A DNA stretch of 32,000 nt from Paramicrosporidium saccamoebae KSL3. Lineage: Eukaryota; Fungi; Cryptomycota. The position numbers were made by a program, and so were the translations under genes. Below are positions 10,368-19,892 of this stretch, piece by piece. The notes under the pieces were generated by a model. It ran no database searches, was not told the origin of the DNA, and worked only from the letters and a program-made list of their open reading frames with translations. Numbering within the stretch: position 1 is the first letter of the stretch; each line of letters opens with the position of its first letter. The stretch is from assembly GCA_002794465.1 (NCBI GenBank), contig MTSL01000065.1, positions 211,069-243,068 of the forward strand, given 5' to 3'.

Positions 10368-10875
10368 TCATTCAAAAGTGGTGCCTTGGGGCGGGTATTC
10401 CACATCGAGTTCGGGGCTTCCGTCCATTTCTACACTCTCATCAATCTCTGCTCCCTCCATGGTTAAGCCCGCAATTTGACCCATTTCGGCGTGGTGTCTT
10501 CGTTGGGCTTCTATGGCCTCAGCGAGTGGCACAGGCTTCGGGATGATCTCTGTCAGGAAATGTAGCCGCGGGTCGGAACTCACTGTGCTAGCGATATCTT
10601 TGTAGGTCACTGTCTTGCGCTTCTCAGTAGCAGTGAGTTTTGCTGCTTGCCCTGTGAGAAATTCTAGAAATACTTCCTACAGAGATCAAAATGCATCAAG
10701 CGATGCTGCATACCGTGGCCGCAGTTGCCACGAGGAGGGCGTCATTTTGTACAGTTCCCAAGTCTTTGTCGGCCTTCATAATTTTCTTAACCCGCGCCTG
10801 TGGAAAGGACAAGCTAACTGCCGGCCATGTACTCTGCTGATTTGCAGCCGTGGACGCGGCATCGGTCGACTCCAT
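10368..10875 (-). CDS. DPB3: H2A-like histone-fold protein of the DNA polymerase epsilon Dpb3/POLE4 (CHRAC Dls1-like) type, ~156 aa, intron 10677-10713
   Basis: FPQARVKKIMKADKD...ALLVATAAT|EVFLEFL...KRKTVTYKDIA...FLTEIIPK after removing a 37-nt GTATGC..TAG intron. NF-YC/NC2-alpha-type paralogs share the fold and are not excluded. Confidence 0.7.
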
Positions 10876-10906
10876 CTCAATGGGCAATTTAATGATTTTT
10901 CGTAAA

Positions 10907-13543
10907 TTAATTTGTAGCTGTGGAGCGTTGTTTCTTGATCGCTTCATAGTAGCGGGACCAGCCAATCCAAGTCTTCATGGTGACCACCTTTCCTGGCTCG
11001 CCTGATCCAGAGTCTTGGCCATGTCCATTATCGGTTGCTTCAATCTTGCGCGTCTCGCCCCAAGAAAAGTCATCAAAGTGCCAGTAGGCGTAGATGGGAA
11101 GGATAAAGTTCCAGATGGGAAGAGCAAGTAGATATGCAAGCATCCATCCAATGTATACCATCTTTCTGGTCGTGATCAAAATAAGGATAGCGGGCAGCCC
11201 CAAGACCATTCCAAGGAGAATCAGCGGGATCAAGGCTTGCAATGGATTCAGCACGGCGGTCCCGATCAACACAAAGGTAAAGATGATAGCGGCGGGCAAT
11301 ACAACAGTACCAATGAGCTCCATCAATACTACAAACTGCATTGAGAAGCAGAAAATTCCACAGAGATCAGGGACAAGCACCAGCTCGAGTAAATTGTGGA
11401 TGGTCGAATTGATCCAACGGCGTCTTTGTGACAGTAAAACTCTAAATTCATCAGGAACAAATGTCTTGCAAAAGGCCTGAGGCACAAAGATCATTTTTCT
11501 TTTGGGAAACAGCTTGAGCATTAGCGTGGTCAGAAAACGGTCTTCTCCCAAAAGCAAGAGGTTTTTCTTGTGAAGTGTGTCCACCACGGCCTGAGAATAC
11601 TCTTCGATTAGTGCTGGAGAGGCGAGGATCGGCAAGATCCGGCCATTCTTTGATGTCTTTATCCGGTACATGCAAAAGCAGCCAGGAAGGCAAGTAACAC
11701 CTCCGAATACCGATTCGAAGGCCTTTCCTAGGTGGTGGCTAATGTAATATTCAAAGACTTGAATCGCAGACACCCAGCTGCTGCGTTTGTTTGCAATCCG
11801 AGTCTCACCACACAAGCCCATCACATACGGGTCACGACGCATCGCATTAACCATCCGACCCAAAGAGTCTACTGCAACTTTAGTATCTGCATCAACCATT
11901 AAAATAATGTCAAGAGCATCAGGGGGAACTCCGAGCAGCCAGCATACCTTGTTGAATAGTTCAAAGTCAAGAGGCGTCATTCGATCGTTAAAGATTACCC
12001 GTTGCATAAAGTTCATCACAATCAATTGGGAATCGCGCTTTCCCCGATTTCCAGGCTTTGAAGACGTTGATTCTTCTGGAGGACCGCATTTGGCAATTAG
12101 AATGCATGGCACTACACGACCGCGACAGTGGTATTGTCCAGCAAACACTTTGGCCATGTTATGTCGCTTAACACCATCTGCTACAGCAACATAGCTCTGA
12201 GGGACAGCAGCCTCCATCACAGAATCAATCTTCATTAGCTTACGGACAATGTTGGGGGTGCTCTGAGAGTTCCCAGCTCCCATAATTTCGCCATCAGCGA
12301 CAACCATAATAAGCTTGCGATGATCGTGGTAGTCTGTGAGAGCAAGAGAATCCAATGTTAGCCGCAGGGAAGCCTCTCCCTCTGAATAGCAAGTGACCAG
12401 CAGAATGACATAGGGATCGTCAGAAGTGTCTCCCACGGGCAGCAGGGACTCTTGGGCAAATTCTGAGAGGGTCGAAATTCCAAATACAGTGTTTAAAGTC
12501 GACATTACTACTTCTGGGAATGCTTTAATCACCACATTACGCGATGCCAAACTAGCGGCTCTGGAATGACTGGCCTTTTTCTTTTTCTTCCTCATCTTAT
12601 CCAGTTGATGAGACAAAAACCAGCTAAAAGTCACGGCCAATATAAACCGCACGATTATAAGGGTTCCGATTGCCACCATAGCTATGATCTGGATGAGCGT
12701 GAAAGAGAAGCATCCGACTGTTTGCTTGGATAAATCGCCAATCTTGTAGTTTTCCACCAGACATCTCATAACCCTTCGGCCAGTTCTGCCTAACCGCGCA
12801 AATGCACGCGTGGAATCTTTGTCTCTCATCGTCCGCATGATCATATTGGCCTTGTCGGATTTAAAAAGGTCGTCTTTGGGTATTCGGATAACGTGTCCGT
12901 CAAATTCTAGTAGATCCTTTGCTTTTTCAACATCCTCCCACTCATAAGCAATACTATGCACTGAGGACACTGCCCCTAAGAGATCTTTGCTCGTGCACAT
13001 TGCATCTGGATTGCAGACATTTGGAAAGGGCTCCTTCCAAACCGCACGACAGACTGTATCGGCAGGAATGGCAAAGTCGGTACTTATATCGCGTCCTTGA
13101 ATAGAATCAGCGGGCACGCTTAATATGCGCGATACATCTGCCGTGCGGTAAACTTTTCCCAAAGCCCACGTAAGTCCCTGTTTATCTTGCTTCTCAAACT
13201 CCCTCCAGATGATGCGAGAAGTGTTACTGTTAGAGGGACAGAGGATCGGACCAAGTCCAAATGTAAATATCGCCAACGCAACACACATGATGAACACAAT
13301 GAAACAGAGGGCAAATTTTTCTCGAAAGGCTTGCCTCACCTGTTTATCATGGTAACCTACCATTTTTAGGAGCGGAGCCGGCGCCCAGAATGTGACGACG
13401 TGGGCAAAGACTGACCACCAGTTAATGTTCCACCATGCCTGCTTTGCATTCTTGCTCCAAGGTCCGGAGATTGTCATTGCTGATACCTGCCGACGATGAT
13501 AGCCACCAGCTTGGCTGGAGGAGAGCCAGTGTTCTACATCCAT
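10907..13543 (-). CDS. CHS3: Chitin synthase (GT2, division 2, class IV/Chs3-like), 878 aa
   Basis: TCYSEG, GNRGKRDSQ, DADT, CLPGCF, LGEDRFLT and QRRRW motifs; N-terminal WxxFxxxVTFW/FREKFAL block; C-terminal transmembrane segments and WHFDDFSWGETR. Confidence 0.93.
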   Translation of the reverse strand: MDVEHWLSSSQAGGYHRRQVSAMTISGPWSKNAKQAWWNINWWSVFAHVVTFWAPAPLLKMVGYHDKQVRQAFREKFALCFIVFIMCVALAIFTFGLGPILCPSNSNTSRIIWREFEKQDKQGLTWALGKVYRTADVSRILSVPADSIQGRDISTDFAIPADTVCRAVWKEPFPNVCNPDAMCTSKDLLGAVSSVHSIAYEWEDVEKAKDLLEFDGHVIRIPKDDLFKSDKANMIMRTMRDKDSTRAFARLGRTGRRVMRCLVENYKIGDLSKQTVGCFSFTLIQIIAMVAIGTLIIVRFILAVTFSWFLSHQLDKMRKKKKKASHSRAASLASRNVVIKAFPEVVMSTLNTVFGISTLSEFAQESLLPVGDTSDDPYVILLVTCYSEGEASLRLTLDSLALTDYHDHRKLIMVVADGEIMGAGNSQSTPNIVRKLMKIDSVMEAAVPQSYVAVADGVKRHNMAKVFAGQYHCRGRVVPCILIAKCGPPEESTSSKPGNRGKRDSQLIVMNFMQRVIFNDRMTPLDFELFNKVCWLLGVPPDALDIILMVDADTKVAVDSLGRMVNAMRRDPYVMGLCGETRIANKRSSWVSAIQVFEYYISHHLGKAFESVFGGVTCLPGCFCMYRIKTSKNGRILPILASPALIEEYSQAVVDTLHKKNLLLLGEDRFLTTLMLKLFPKRKMIFVPQAFCKTFVPDEFRVLLSQRRRWINSTIHNLLELVLVPDLCGIFCFSMQFVVLMELIGTVVLPAAIIFTFVLIGTAVLNPLQALIPLILLGMVLGLPAILILITTRKMVYIGWMLAYLLALPIWNFILPIYAYWHFDDFSWGETRKIEATDNGHGQDSGSGEPGKVVTMKTWIGWSRYYEAIKKQRSTATN

Positions 13544-13547
13544 GAGC

Positions 13548-13647
13548 CTCTAAAAATAGACTGCATGACCCTCGATGACTATCTCTACCACCTCCCTGCC
13601 ATTATTAATCTCTAAAAATAGACCGCATGGCCCTCGATGGCTATCTC
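13548..13647. repeat. 38-nt direct repeat (13548-13585 and 13610-13647, 35/38 identical) immediately upstream of the chitin synthase start
   Basis: ctctaaaaatagactgcatgaccctcgatgactatctc versus ctctaaaaatagaccgcatggccctcgatggctatctc; the three differences are all transitions. Confidence 0.93.
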
Positions 13648-13874
13648 AGTCAGCTTTTGCATCCCTGAGTTTCTAGAATAAATTAAATCAAGAATCCCAT
13701 CGATCGTGTTATATCCAGCGCCAGACAGCCCCCCATCCCCAAATATCGATAGCACGAGGCCGGGTGACTGTCTCAGCCCGTGTCAGCCGGCATATGCCGC
13801 TGATTGGCCAAAAGTCGTCCAGGCCCGGCCGGCTTTGACAAAGTTGTTTTTCGCCGTTCCTTAAGGGACTCCAA

Positions 13875-15401
13875 ATGGTCCATAACGACATGCCTTCTAG
13901 CACTGCTGCTCAGGCCGTACACGCTGCTGCGGTAACTCGTGACTACATTATCGACCCGAGACTGGAATACCGCACCGTCTCGGGAGTCAATGGACCTTTG
14001 GTTATCCTGGACAACGTCAAGTTTCCCAAGTACGCAGAAATTGTCTCTTTGACGCTCGCCGATGGCACCCAACGCACTGGCCAAGTGCTGGAAGTTGCTG
14101 GTTCCAAGGCGGTTGTTCAGGTCTTTGAAGGAACCTCCGGTGTCGACGTAAAGGCTACAAAAGTGCAGTTTACTGGAGACACTCTCAAAATGCCCGTTTC
14201 CGAGGACATGTTGGGCCGTGTTTTCAATGGTTCTGGAAAGCCTATAGACCGTGGACCGCGCATTTTCGCGGATGACTATCTGGACATCCAAGGACAGCCT
14301 ATTAACCCGTCCTCGCGCATCTACCCCGAAGAAATGATCCAGACTGGTATTTCGACCATTGATGTGATGAATTCCATTGCCCGCGGCCAAAAGATTCCCA
14401 TTTTTTCGGCAGCAGGTCTTCCCCACAATGAAATTGCCGCTCAAATCTGTCGTCAGGCTGGGTTAGTTAAGAAAAAGGACGTCTTGGATGGCCACGAGGA
14501 CAATTTCGCCATTGTCTTTGCCGCAATGGGAGTCAACATGGAGACTGCTCGCTTCTTCAAGCAGGATTTCGAGGAGAATGGCTCTATTGAGCGCGTGTCA
14601 CTGTTCCTGAATTTGGCAAACGATCCCACCATTGAGCGTATTATCACTCCTCGTCTTGCTTTGACCACTGCGGAATATTATGCGTACCAGCTTGAGAAGC
14701 ATGTCCTCGTCATCATGACTGACATGAGCTCATATGCCGATGCCCTCCGTGAAGTGTCGGCGGCCCGTGAGGAGGTTCCCGGTCGCCGCGGTTATCCCGG
14801 CTACATGTACACAGATCTGGCTACCATCTACGAACGTGCTGGAAGAGTTCAGGGTCGCAACGGCTCCATCACTCAGATTCCAATTTTGACCATGCCCAAT
14901 GACGATATTACCCACCCGATTCCTGATTTGACAGGATTCATTACTGAAGGACAGGTCTACATTGATCGTCAGCTGCACAACCGTCAAATTTATCCCCCGA
15001 TCAACGTCCTTCCCTCGCTTTCGCGTCTGATGAAGAGTGCTATTGGAGAGGGCATGACTCGCAAGGATCATGGTGACGTGTCTAATCAGTTGTACGCTAA
15101 ATATGCCATTGGCCGCGATGCCCAAGCAATGAAGGCAGTAGTGGGAGAGGAGGCGTTGAATCAGGAAGACAAGCTGTCTCTAGAGTTTCTTGAAAAGTTT
15201 GAAAAGAACTTTATCACTCAAAACCATAGCGACAACCGCACAATTGAAGAATCACTCGATATTGGATGGTCTTTATTGCGCATCTTCCCTCGTGAAATGC
15301 TGAATCGCATTCCCCAGGATATCCTCAACGAGTATTACCATCGTGAACGCAAGATCAGACCTAGTGTGGCTATCTCCCCAGAACCAACCCCTCTAGATTA
15401 A
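13875..15401 (+). CDS. VMA2: V-type H+-ATPase V1 subunit B, 508 aa
   Basis: [79 protein letters not shown] and [15 protein letters not shown] are diagnostic. Confidence 0.99.
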   Translation: MVHNDMPSSTAAQAVHAAAVTRDYIIDPRLEYRTVSGVNGPLVILDNVKFPKYAEIVSLTLADGTQRTGQVLEVAGSKAVVQVFEGTSGVDVKATKVQFTGDTLKMPVSEDMLGRVFNGSGKPIDRGPRIFADDYLDIQGQPINPSSRIYPEEMIQTGISTIDVMNSIARGQKIPIFSAAGLPHNEIAAQICRQAGLVKKKDVLDGHEDNFAIVFAAMGVNMETARFFKQDFEENGSIERVSLFLNLANDPTIERIITPRLALTTAEYYAYQLEKHVLVIMTDMSSYADALREVSAAREEVPGRRGYPGYMYTDLATIYERAGRVQGRNGSITQIPILTMPNDDITHPIPDLTGFITEGQVYIDRQLHNRQIYPPINVLPSLSRLMKSAIGEGMTRKDHGDVSNQLYAKYAIGRDAQAMKAVVGEEALNQEDKLSLEFLEKFEKNFITQNHSDNRTIEESLDIGWSLLRIFPREMLNRIPQDILNEYYHRERKIRPSVAISPEPTPLD

Positions 15402-15527
15402 CGATTTATGAAAAATTAACGCTTTTCCTAATAAATGAGTTCTCATGGCCCCGGTCGACTAGCTGTGTTGCTCTTGGGTTCAAGTTAAACTCGCTTCACA
15501 ACCACTCCAATCCATCCATCAATAGAA

Positions 15528-15860
15528 ATGTCTCAGATTGCTGAACTCGCTGTCCCTTACGCCATCATGCTCCTCCATGACGACGAGGTCGATATCACTG
15601 AGGAAAACGTTACCAAGGTTCTTGAGGCTTCTGGTATCACCGTTGAGCCCATCTGGGTCAAGGTGTTCGTCAAGTCTGCCGCTGGTCAAGATCTCCGCAA
15701 GTTCTTGTCCAACATTACCGCTGGTGTTGGATCTGCTCCTGCTGCCGCGCCCGCTGCTGGTGCTCCCGCTGCCGGTGCTACTGCCGCTGCTGGCAAGAAG
15801 GAGGAGAAGAAGAAGGAAGAGTCTGAGGAAGAGGAGATGGGCTTCGGTCTGTTCGACTAA
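15528..15860 (+). CDS. RPP1: 60S acidic ribosomal protein P1, 110 aa
   Basis: ELAVPYAIMLLHDDEVDIT...VEPIW, an Ala-rich hinge and the C-terminal EEEMGFGLFD. Confidence 0.96.
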   Translation: MSQIAELAVPYAIMLLHDDEVDITEENVTKVLEASGITVEPIWVKVFVKSAAGQDLRKFLSNITAGVGSAPAAAPAAGAPAAGATAAAGKKEEKKKEESEEEEMGFGLFD

Positions 15861-16014
15861 GTATATTCAGTTAACACTAAATACACCTCATTATTACAAG
15901 TTCATTATGATTATGATTTTTGTCACTTGCGATAGCTTTCGGGGCGGGACCCGGTCTATTGGACCAAGTTTACCCTAAAGATACTTTTATTTAAGAATAA
16001 TTCAGTGAGACGGC

Positions 16015-18102
16015 ATGGCGGCTACAGAGTTGACGCTCGACCGATTGCAACAGCAAGTGCAGGCGGGAAGTTGTAGAGTGGCCGCTGCTTGCACCCGACT
16101 TGAAAATGTAATTCAGACATTATGCAAAGATGAGATGACAAGACCATTTTTGACCGTGCTACCACGAATTTTGAGCCTGCTCTTTGGTGATGAGCACAAT
16201 GCTGGTTGGATTGAAACTACCACTGACGAAGATTCTATCCATGCCCTCTGGACTTTGCTAAAGCCTGCTGGCAATCTTTTTATGGCAGCGTCGGCTCACT
16301 CGGGGTTGGACTGTGTGACTCCGTTTGAGCTTGCTGCCAGCCAGCTTCCAGTCCCATTGCAGAAGCATCTTCAGCGATACGGGATTAATCGACTCCCTGT
16401 ACCATTGGATACATGCATTGTCAATGTTGCCCACGAAGGAGCTTCTCTGTATATTTTGCGTCTCGATGCCTCCGAGTTTTTCATTTATCGCATGTTAGTC
16501 GTCCTGCTGTCGTTTCGCAAGCACCACGGGGTGGGTATGCAGTCGTCCCGTTCGGCTTCAATGATGGCACTGGCAAGATCTCACTCGTTTGAATCGATGA
16601 ATGTAAAGATTTCGGGAGAAAAGGCGTTCCGATTTAATAGTAACCGATCGGCACAACTCTACCAGAAACTCATTGAGGCATATTTGCATTACTTTATGCC
16701 AATCGCGGGCTACGATGACGCCAAAGTCGGCTCGGCCTTTTCGACAAAGTCATTGCGATCTGCGGCTGGAGTGTGGACTGGATGGCGACTGGCCAGCCTG
16801 TTTTTTACAGGAATCTCGCAGTTGTGGCTCCATCAACACGAATATCAGATTGAGGCCTCCTCCCACATTGAGAGCGATCCGCCCTTCATTCTCCCAAGTG
16901 TGGACCATTTCGAGGCTATTCGGGTTGTGACTCGTCATTTAGTCACTGCAGTGTGTTATCCAGTGAAGCCCGACATTTCGCCTCAGCTTCAACGATTCTA
17001 TGACCAACTTGTTGACGTGTCTTTTGTCAGCTTCAGGGCTTTTTTGTATCGCCTTTTAAGACTCAGTCTGGCAAAGTGTCCTTCTGACAATACTGTGACG
17101 GTTGTGGGTGGGCTTTGGCTTGATTTCATTGCTCCTTGGAGGTATTTGACTATTGGTACAGATCGACAAGAGTCTACAGCGGCATGGCGGCTCTATGTGG
17201 TAAACAATTACTTTTTCTACCACACCCTCTTGAGCTCGCTACTAGACTATGTTGAAGTCATTGCTGAAGGATTTGGCGAGGTGCTCAGCAGCAAGAACAA
17301 CGTGGACACTGAGACAATTCGGTCTGCCCTGCTTCCCCTCTTGATTCTGTGTACACGGATCTTGACGGCCATCAGTCCATTTTCTGATTTAATTCAAGAA
17401 ATTGAAAATGACGAGTTGGTGGCAACAAGGAGTGCAACACCGACATTCCTACGGAGAGCTACCTCGAGTCAAGGAGTGAAGGAGCAGCTTTTCACTTTGG
17501 AATCGGAGAGATTTACTCTTCTTCCCTTGTTTGACGAGAAGTCTAAGCACCGGGCATTAAGAATAATGTACTGGTTTGAAAAGATTTACACTGCATTCCC
17601 TGAAGCTGTGGGTGCTGATTCTGAAGCAACTGAAAGCCGACACGTGAGCCATGATGAAAGACACGCAAATTTGCGTTCAGTCATTACTCAGTGCAATGAG
17701 GAGCTTTGCGCCGTCTTTGGTATTAGAGATGGCGAGTTTGACGAGTTTTGTCCAAAGTTTGAGGACAATCGTCGCTTGCAAATAGTCATGCCTGTAGAGG
17801 CGAGACGACGCCGCGTCATCCCGACTTCTCTGCCAGATGAAAGAATTACGCTCAAGATGAAGGCAACACCAGAGGCCAAACATCTCATCAAGAGCTATGA
17901 AAGCGCATTTCTGGTCCATCTAACAGGCTGGCTAACCATCTTGATCAACGAAAACTATGCCAAGTTCATGCAAGACAGGACGCTGCCCAACTTTGTGAAG
18001 AAGTATCAGTGTAATCTTCGATTCCTGGCAGCATATCCAAATCTAATGTTTATTGCAATGGTGTTTTTGGGAATGCGCCTGCTCGTATCATTGTTCTTCT
18101 AG
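16015..18102 (+). CDS. SMPD4: SMPD4 (neutral sphingomyelinase-3 / mit_SMPDase family)-like protein with C-terminal membrane anchor, 695 aa
   Basis: Colinear motifs recalled from SMPD4: LIEAYLHYFMP, SQLWLHQ, LPSVDHFEAIRVVTRHL, LWLDFIAPWRY, IKSYESAFLV, NLRFLAAY, followed by a hydrophobic C-terminus. Confidence 0.75.
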   Translation: MAATELTLDRLQQQVQAGSCRVAAACTRLENVIQTLCKDEMTRPFLTVLPRILSLLFGDEHNAGWIETTTDEDSIHALWTLLKPAGNLFMAASAHSGLDCVTPFELAASQLPVPLQKHLQRYGINRLPVPLDTCIVNVAHEGASLYILRLDASEFFIYRMLVVLLSFRKHHGVGMQSSRSASMMALARSHSFESMNVKISGEKAFRFNSNRSAQLYQKLIEAYLHYFMPIAGYDDAKVGSAFSTKSLRSAAGVWTGWRLASLFFTGISQLWLHQHEYQIEASSHIESDPPFILPSVDHFEAIRVVTRHLVTAVCYPVKPDISPQLQRFYDQLVDVSFVSFRAFLYRLLRLSLAKCPSDNTVTVVGGLWLDFIAPWRYLTIGTDRQESTAAWRLYVVNNYFFYHTLLSSLLDYVEVIAEGFGEVLSSKNNVDTETIRSALLPLLILCTRILTAISPFSDLIQEIENDELVATRSATPTFLRRATSSQGVKEQLFTLESERFTLLPLFDEKSKHRALRIMYWFEKIYTAFPEAVGADSEATESRHVSHDERHANLRSVITQCNEELCAVFGIRDGEFDEFCPKFEDNRRLQIVMPVEARRRRVIPTSLPDERITLKMKATPEAKHLIKSYESAFLVHLTGWLTILINENYAKFMQDRTLPNFVKKYQCNLRFLAAYPNLMFIAMVFLGMRLLVSLFF

Positions 18103-18275
18103 ACCGATCAGAGAAGCAATAAACAGTCTACTTATTGTCGTGGAGGGGGTAGAAATGTTTTGGTGCTTCCAAATACAGATGGGCAGGAGAGAGGCTCGTG
18201 TATTACCAATGCATGGCCTTACGACCGGATTCCTCGCATTCTCAACAAAAACCATGCTAATACACCACTTTACAC

Positions 18276-18773
18276 TTATGTGCTCTTTATTGCAATGTGC
18301 TTGCAAACATGTAATGTTGGCAGGATCACCATGTGGCCGCTCTTTCTCCCCTCGCACAGCTCAACTTCCACATCCTTTTCCACTCGGATCACCTTTACTC
18401 GCGTGTCTTTGTATTCCCCCAACACGACTAATCCGTCCTGTCCTATCGGCGGCAGCATCGCAGAACAGTCATCCTGATCCAGCTGAAGAATGTCGCCTCC
18501 TTCAACGTGCACCTCGGCACCGAACTGCTCAATGATGCGACGAATAATGCCCGTCTTTCCGTGGTATTTTCCGTCAGCCAACTTGCGGTTCTCTATCCGG
18601 ACAACCAGACCGACCTGCAACCATGGAATGTCCTCTAGCTCCTCTTCTGACACGACTTTGTGGACGGGCTCAGGTTTCTCATCCTGTAAGAATTGTTCTG
18701 CGGTAGGTCTGGCAGTCTTTGTTGTCCCTTTGTTAAAGGCAATGGACAGGGTCTTCCTCGGCACCTCACTCAT
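18276..18773 (-). CDS. KIN17-type C-terminal tandem KOW/SH3-like domain protein (~165 aa from ATG 18773)
   Basis: WLQVGLVVRIENRKLADGKYHGKTGII...GDILQLDQ...LPPIGQDGLVVLGEYK follows the KIN17 C-terminal domain pattern; GPKOW/MOS2 is a weaker alternative. The ORF-track start at 18809 is GTG. Confidence 0.7.
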   Translation of the reverse strand: MSEVPRKTLSIAFNKGTTKTARPTAEQFLQDEKPEPVHKVVSEEELEDIPWLQVGLVVRIENRKLADGKYHGKTGIIRRIIEQFGAEVHVEGGDILQLDQDDCSAMLPPIGQDGLVVLGEYKDTRVKVIRVEKDVEVELCEGRKSGHMVILPTLHVCKHIAIKST

Positions 18774-19053
18774 CCCGGTCGGGATGCACAACTCGCACTT
18801 CAGCTCCACCTCCTCCCGTCGCTCTACCCTTTATACACTCCAACGCCGTCTTGCCCGTCCTCCCGTCGACACACTTCTCGAACAAACACTCGCCCATCGT
18901 ATCGACCGGATACTCTACACACATGCTCATGCGCCAGCCTGGACGCTGTATGCTGCGCGCTTCACGGTGCACTTTGTAAAGGGAATTTTTGTGGGTGCTG
19001 GGATGTACACGATGAATGCGGTATTGGCGAGACAACATATCCCGGAATGGTAG
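18766..19053. other. Unresolved ~90-codon open region: minus ORF 19038-18766 (MLSRQYRIHRVH..., weak KIN17 winged-helix resemblance) overlaps plus ORF 18784-19053 (MHNSHF...HIPEW)
   Basis: Both strands carry an ATG-initiated ORF of about 90 codons, and it is unclear which is translated. Confidence 0.35.
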
Positions 19054-19060
19054 TGGATGG

Positions 19061-19855
19061 ATGAATAAAGAAAGATTGTTTGTCGGGGTGCCGTATTTGG
19101 TGATGAACACGCTTGGAGCAGTGGCAACAACGGCAACGTTGGGATATTTCGCAGCGAGTGGGTATGGAATGTTTATGATTGCTAAAATTGCAGATTACAG
19201 GCCAAAACTATTTCCAAAAATCGATCGGTAGGCGACCTGTCATGCTACCCCTTTGTTGCAACCTATTTAAAGTATCGCTGCCAGTCTCGCTAATGATAGT
19301 TGCATGTTATGGCTAAAGTACGGCGTGTTCTTGGGAGATTCTGCGCTGATTGTTGTTAACAGCGTTGGAGCTCTCGTGACAATCCTGTGTCTCACTGTGT
19401 ACTACATCTATTGTCCCGACCGTGCCGATGTGGAACGACGAGCCCTTTATGCGCTTTCCATTCTGGCGTCAGTGTTTGCAATGGTCAAGCTGGAGTGGTT
19501 TGCACCACGGTGGGTTGGGTTGATTGCAATGGTTGCATCAGTAACCATGTTTGCGGCTCCGCTGGTGGCCTTGGTAAGCAGAAAATGCATCTGCTCGATT
19601 TATGTGTAGAAGAACATTGTGCGGAAGCAGGATAGTTCTGTGCTGTCCCTAGTCTCCATCACGATGACCTTGGCCGCCTCAATTGCCTGGACCGTCTATG
19701 GAGTCACCAAAGCGGACGCTTTCATTGTGGTTCCCAATACTCTCGGCATCGTACTTGGAACCTTGCAGATGTTCCTTTACATTAAATTCCGTCCAGCAGC
19801 AAGATCGACCTACAAGGATCGCTCCAGCTATGATTCTATTGGCGCTTATCCATAA
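19061..19855 (+). CDS. SWEET: SWEET/MtN3-saliva family sugar transporter, 4 exons (introns 19162-19193, 19272-19299, 19574-19609), ~218-232 aa
   Basis: Spliced product reads ...SVGDLSCYPFVATYLNCMLWLKYG...IVVNSVGA...MFAAPLVALKNIVRKQDSS...AWTVYG...FIVVPNTLG...QMFLY, which gives two MtN3 repeats. The start is ATG 19061 or 19103. Confidence 0.9.
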
Positions 19856-19892
19856 AAGTCTGTATATAAATTCCATGAGATGCAAAACTATA

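Noticed and set aside
13773-14444. 223-aa antisense ORF over VMA2, and similar antisense ORFs over RPL14, OLA1, SAP gene B, GUT2 and MTR4
   Set aside because: Shadow frames of conserved, codon-biased genes with no protein-like motifs of their own.
15470-15495. GGGTTCAAG resembling a tRNA T-loop / B box
   Set aside because: No acceptor, D or anticodon stems can be formed around it.
18840-19038. PARP-type zinc finger or G-patch reading of the minus-strand ORF upstream of the KOW domain
   Set aside because: The required CxxC...H..C ligands and the G-patch glycine pattern are absent.
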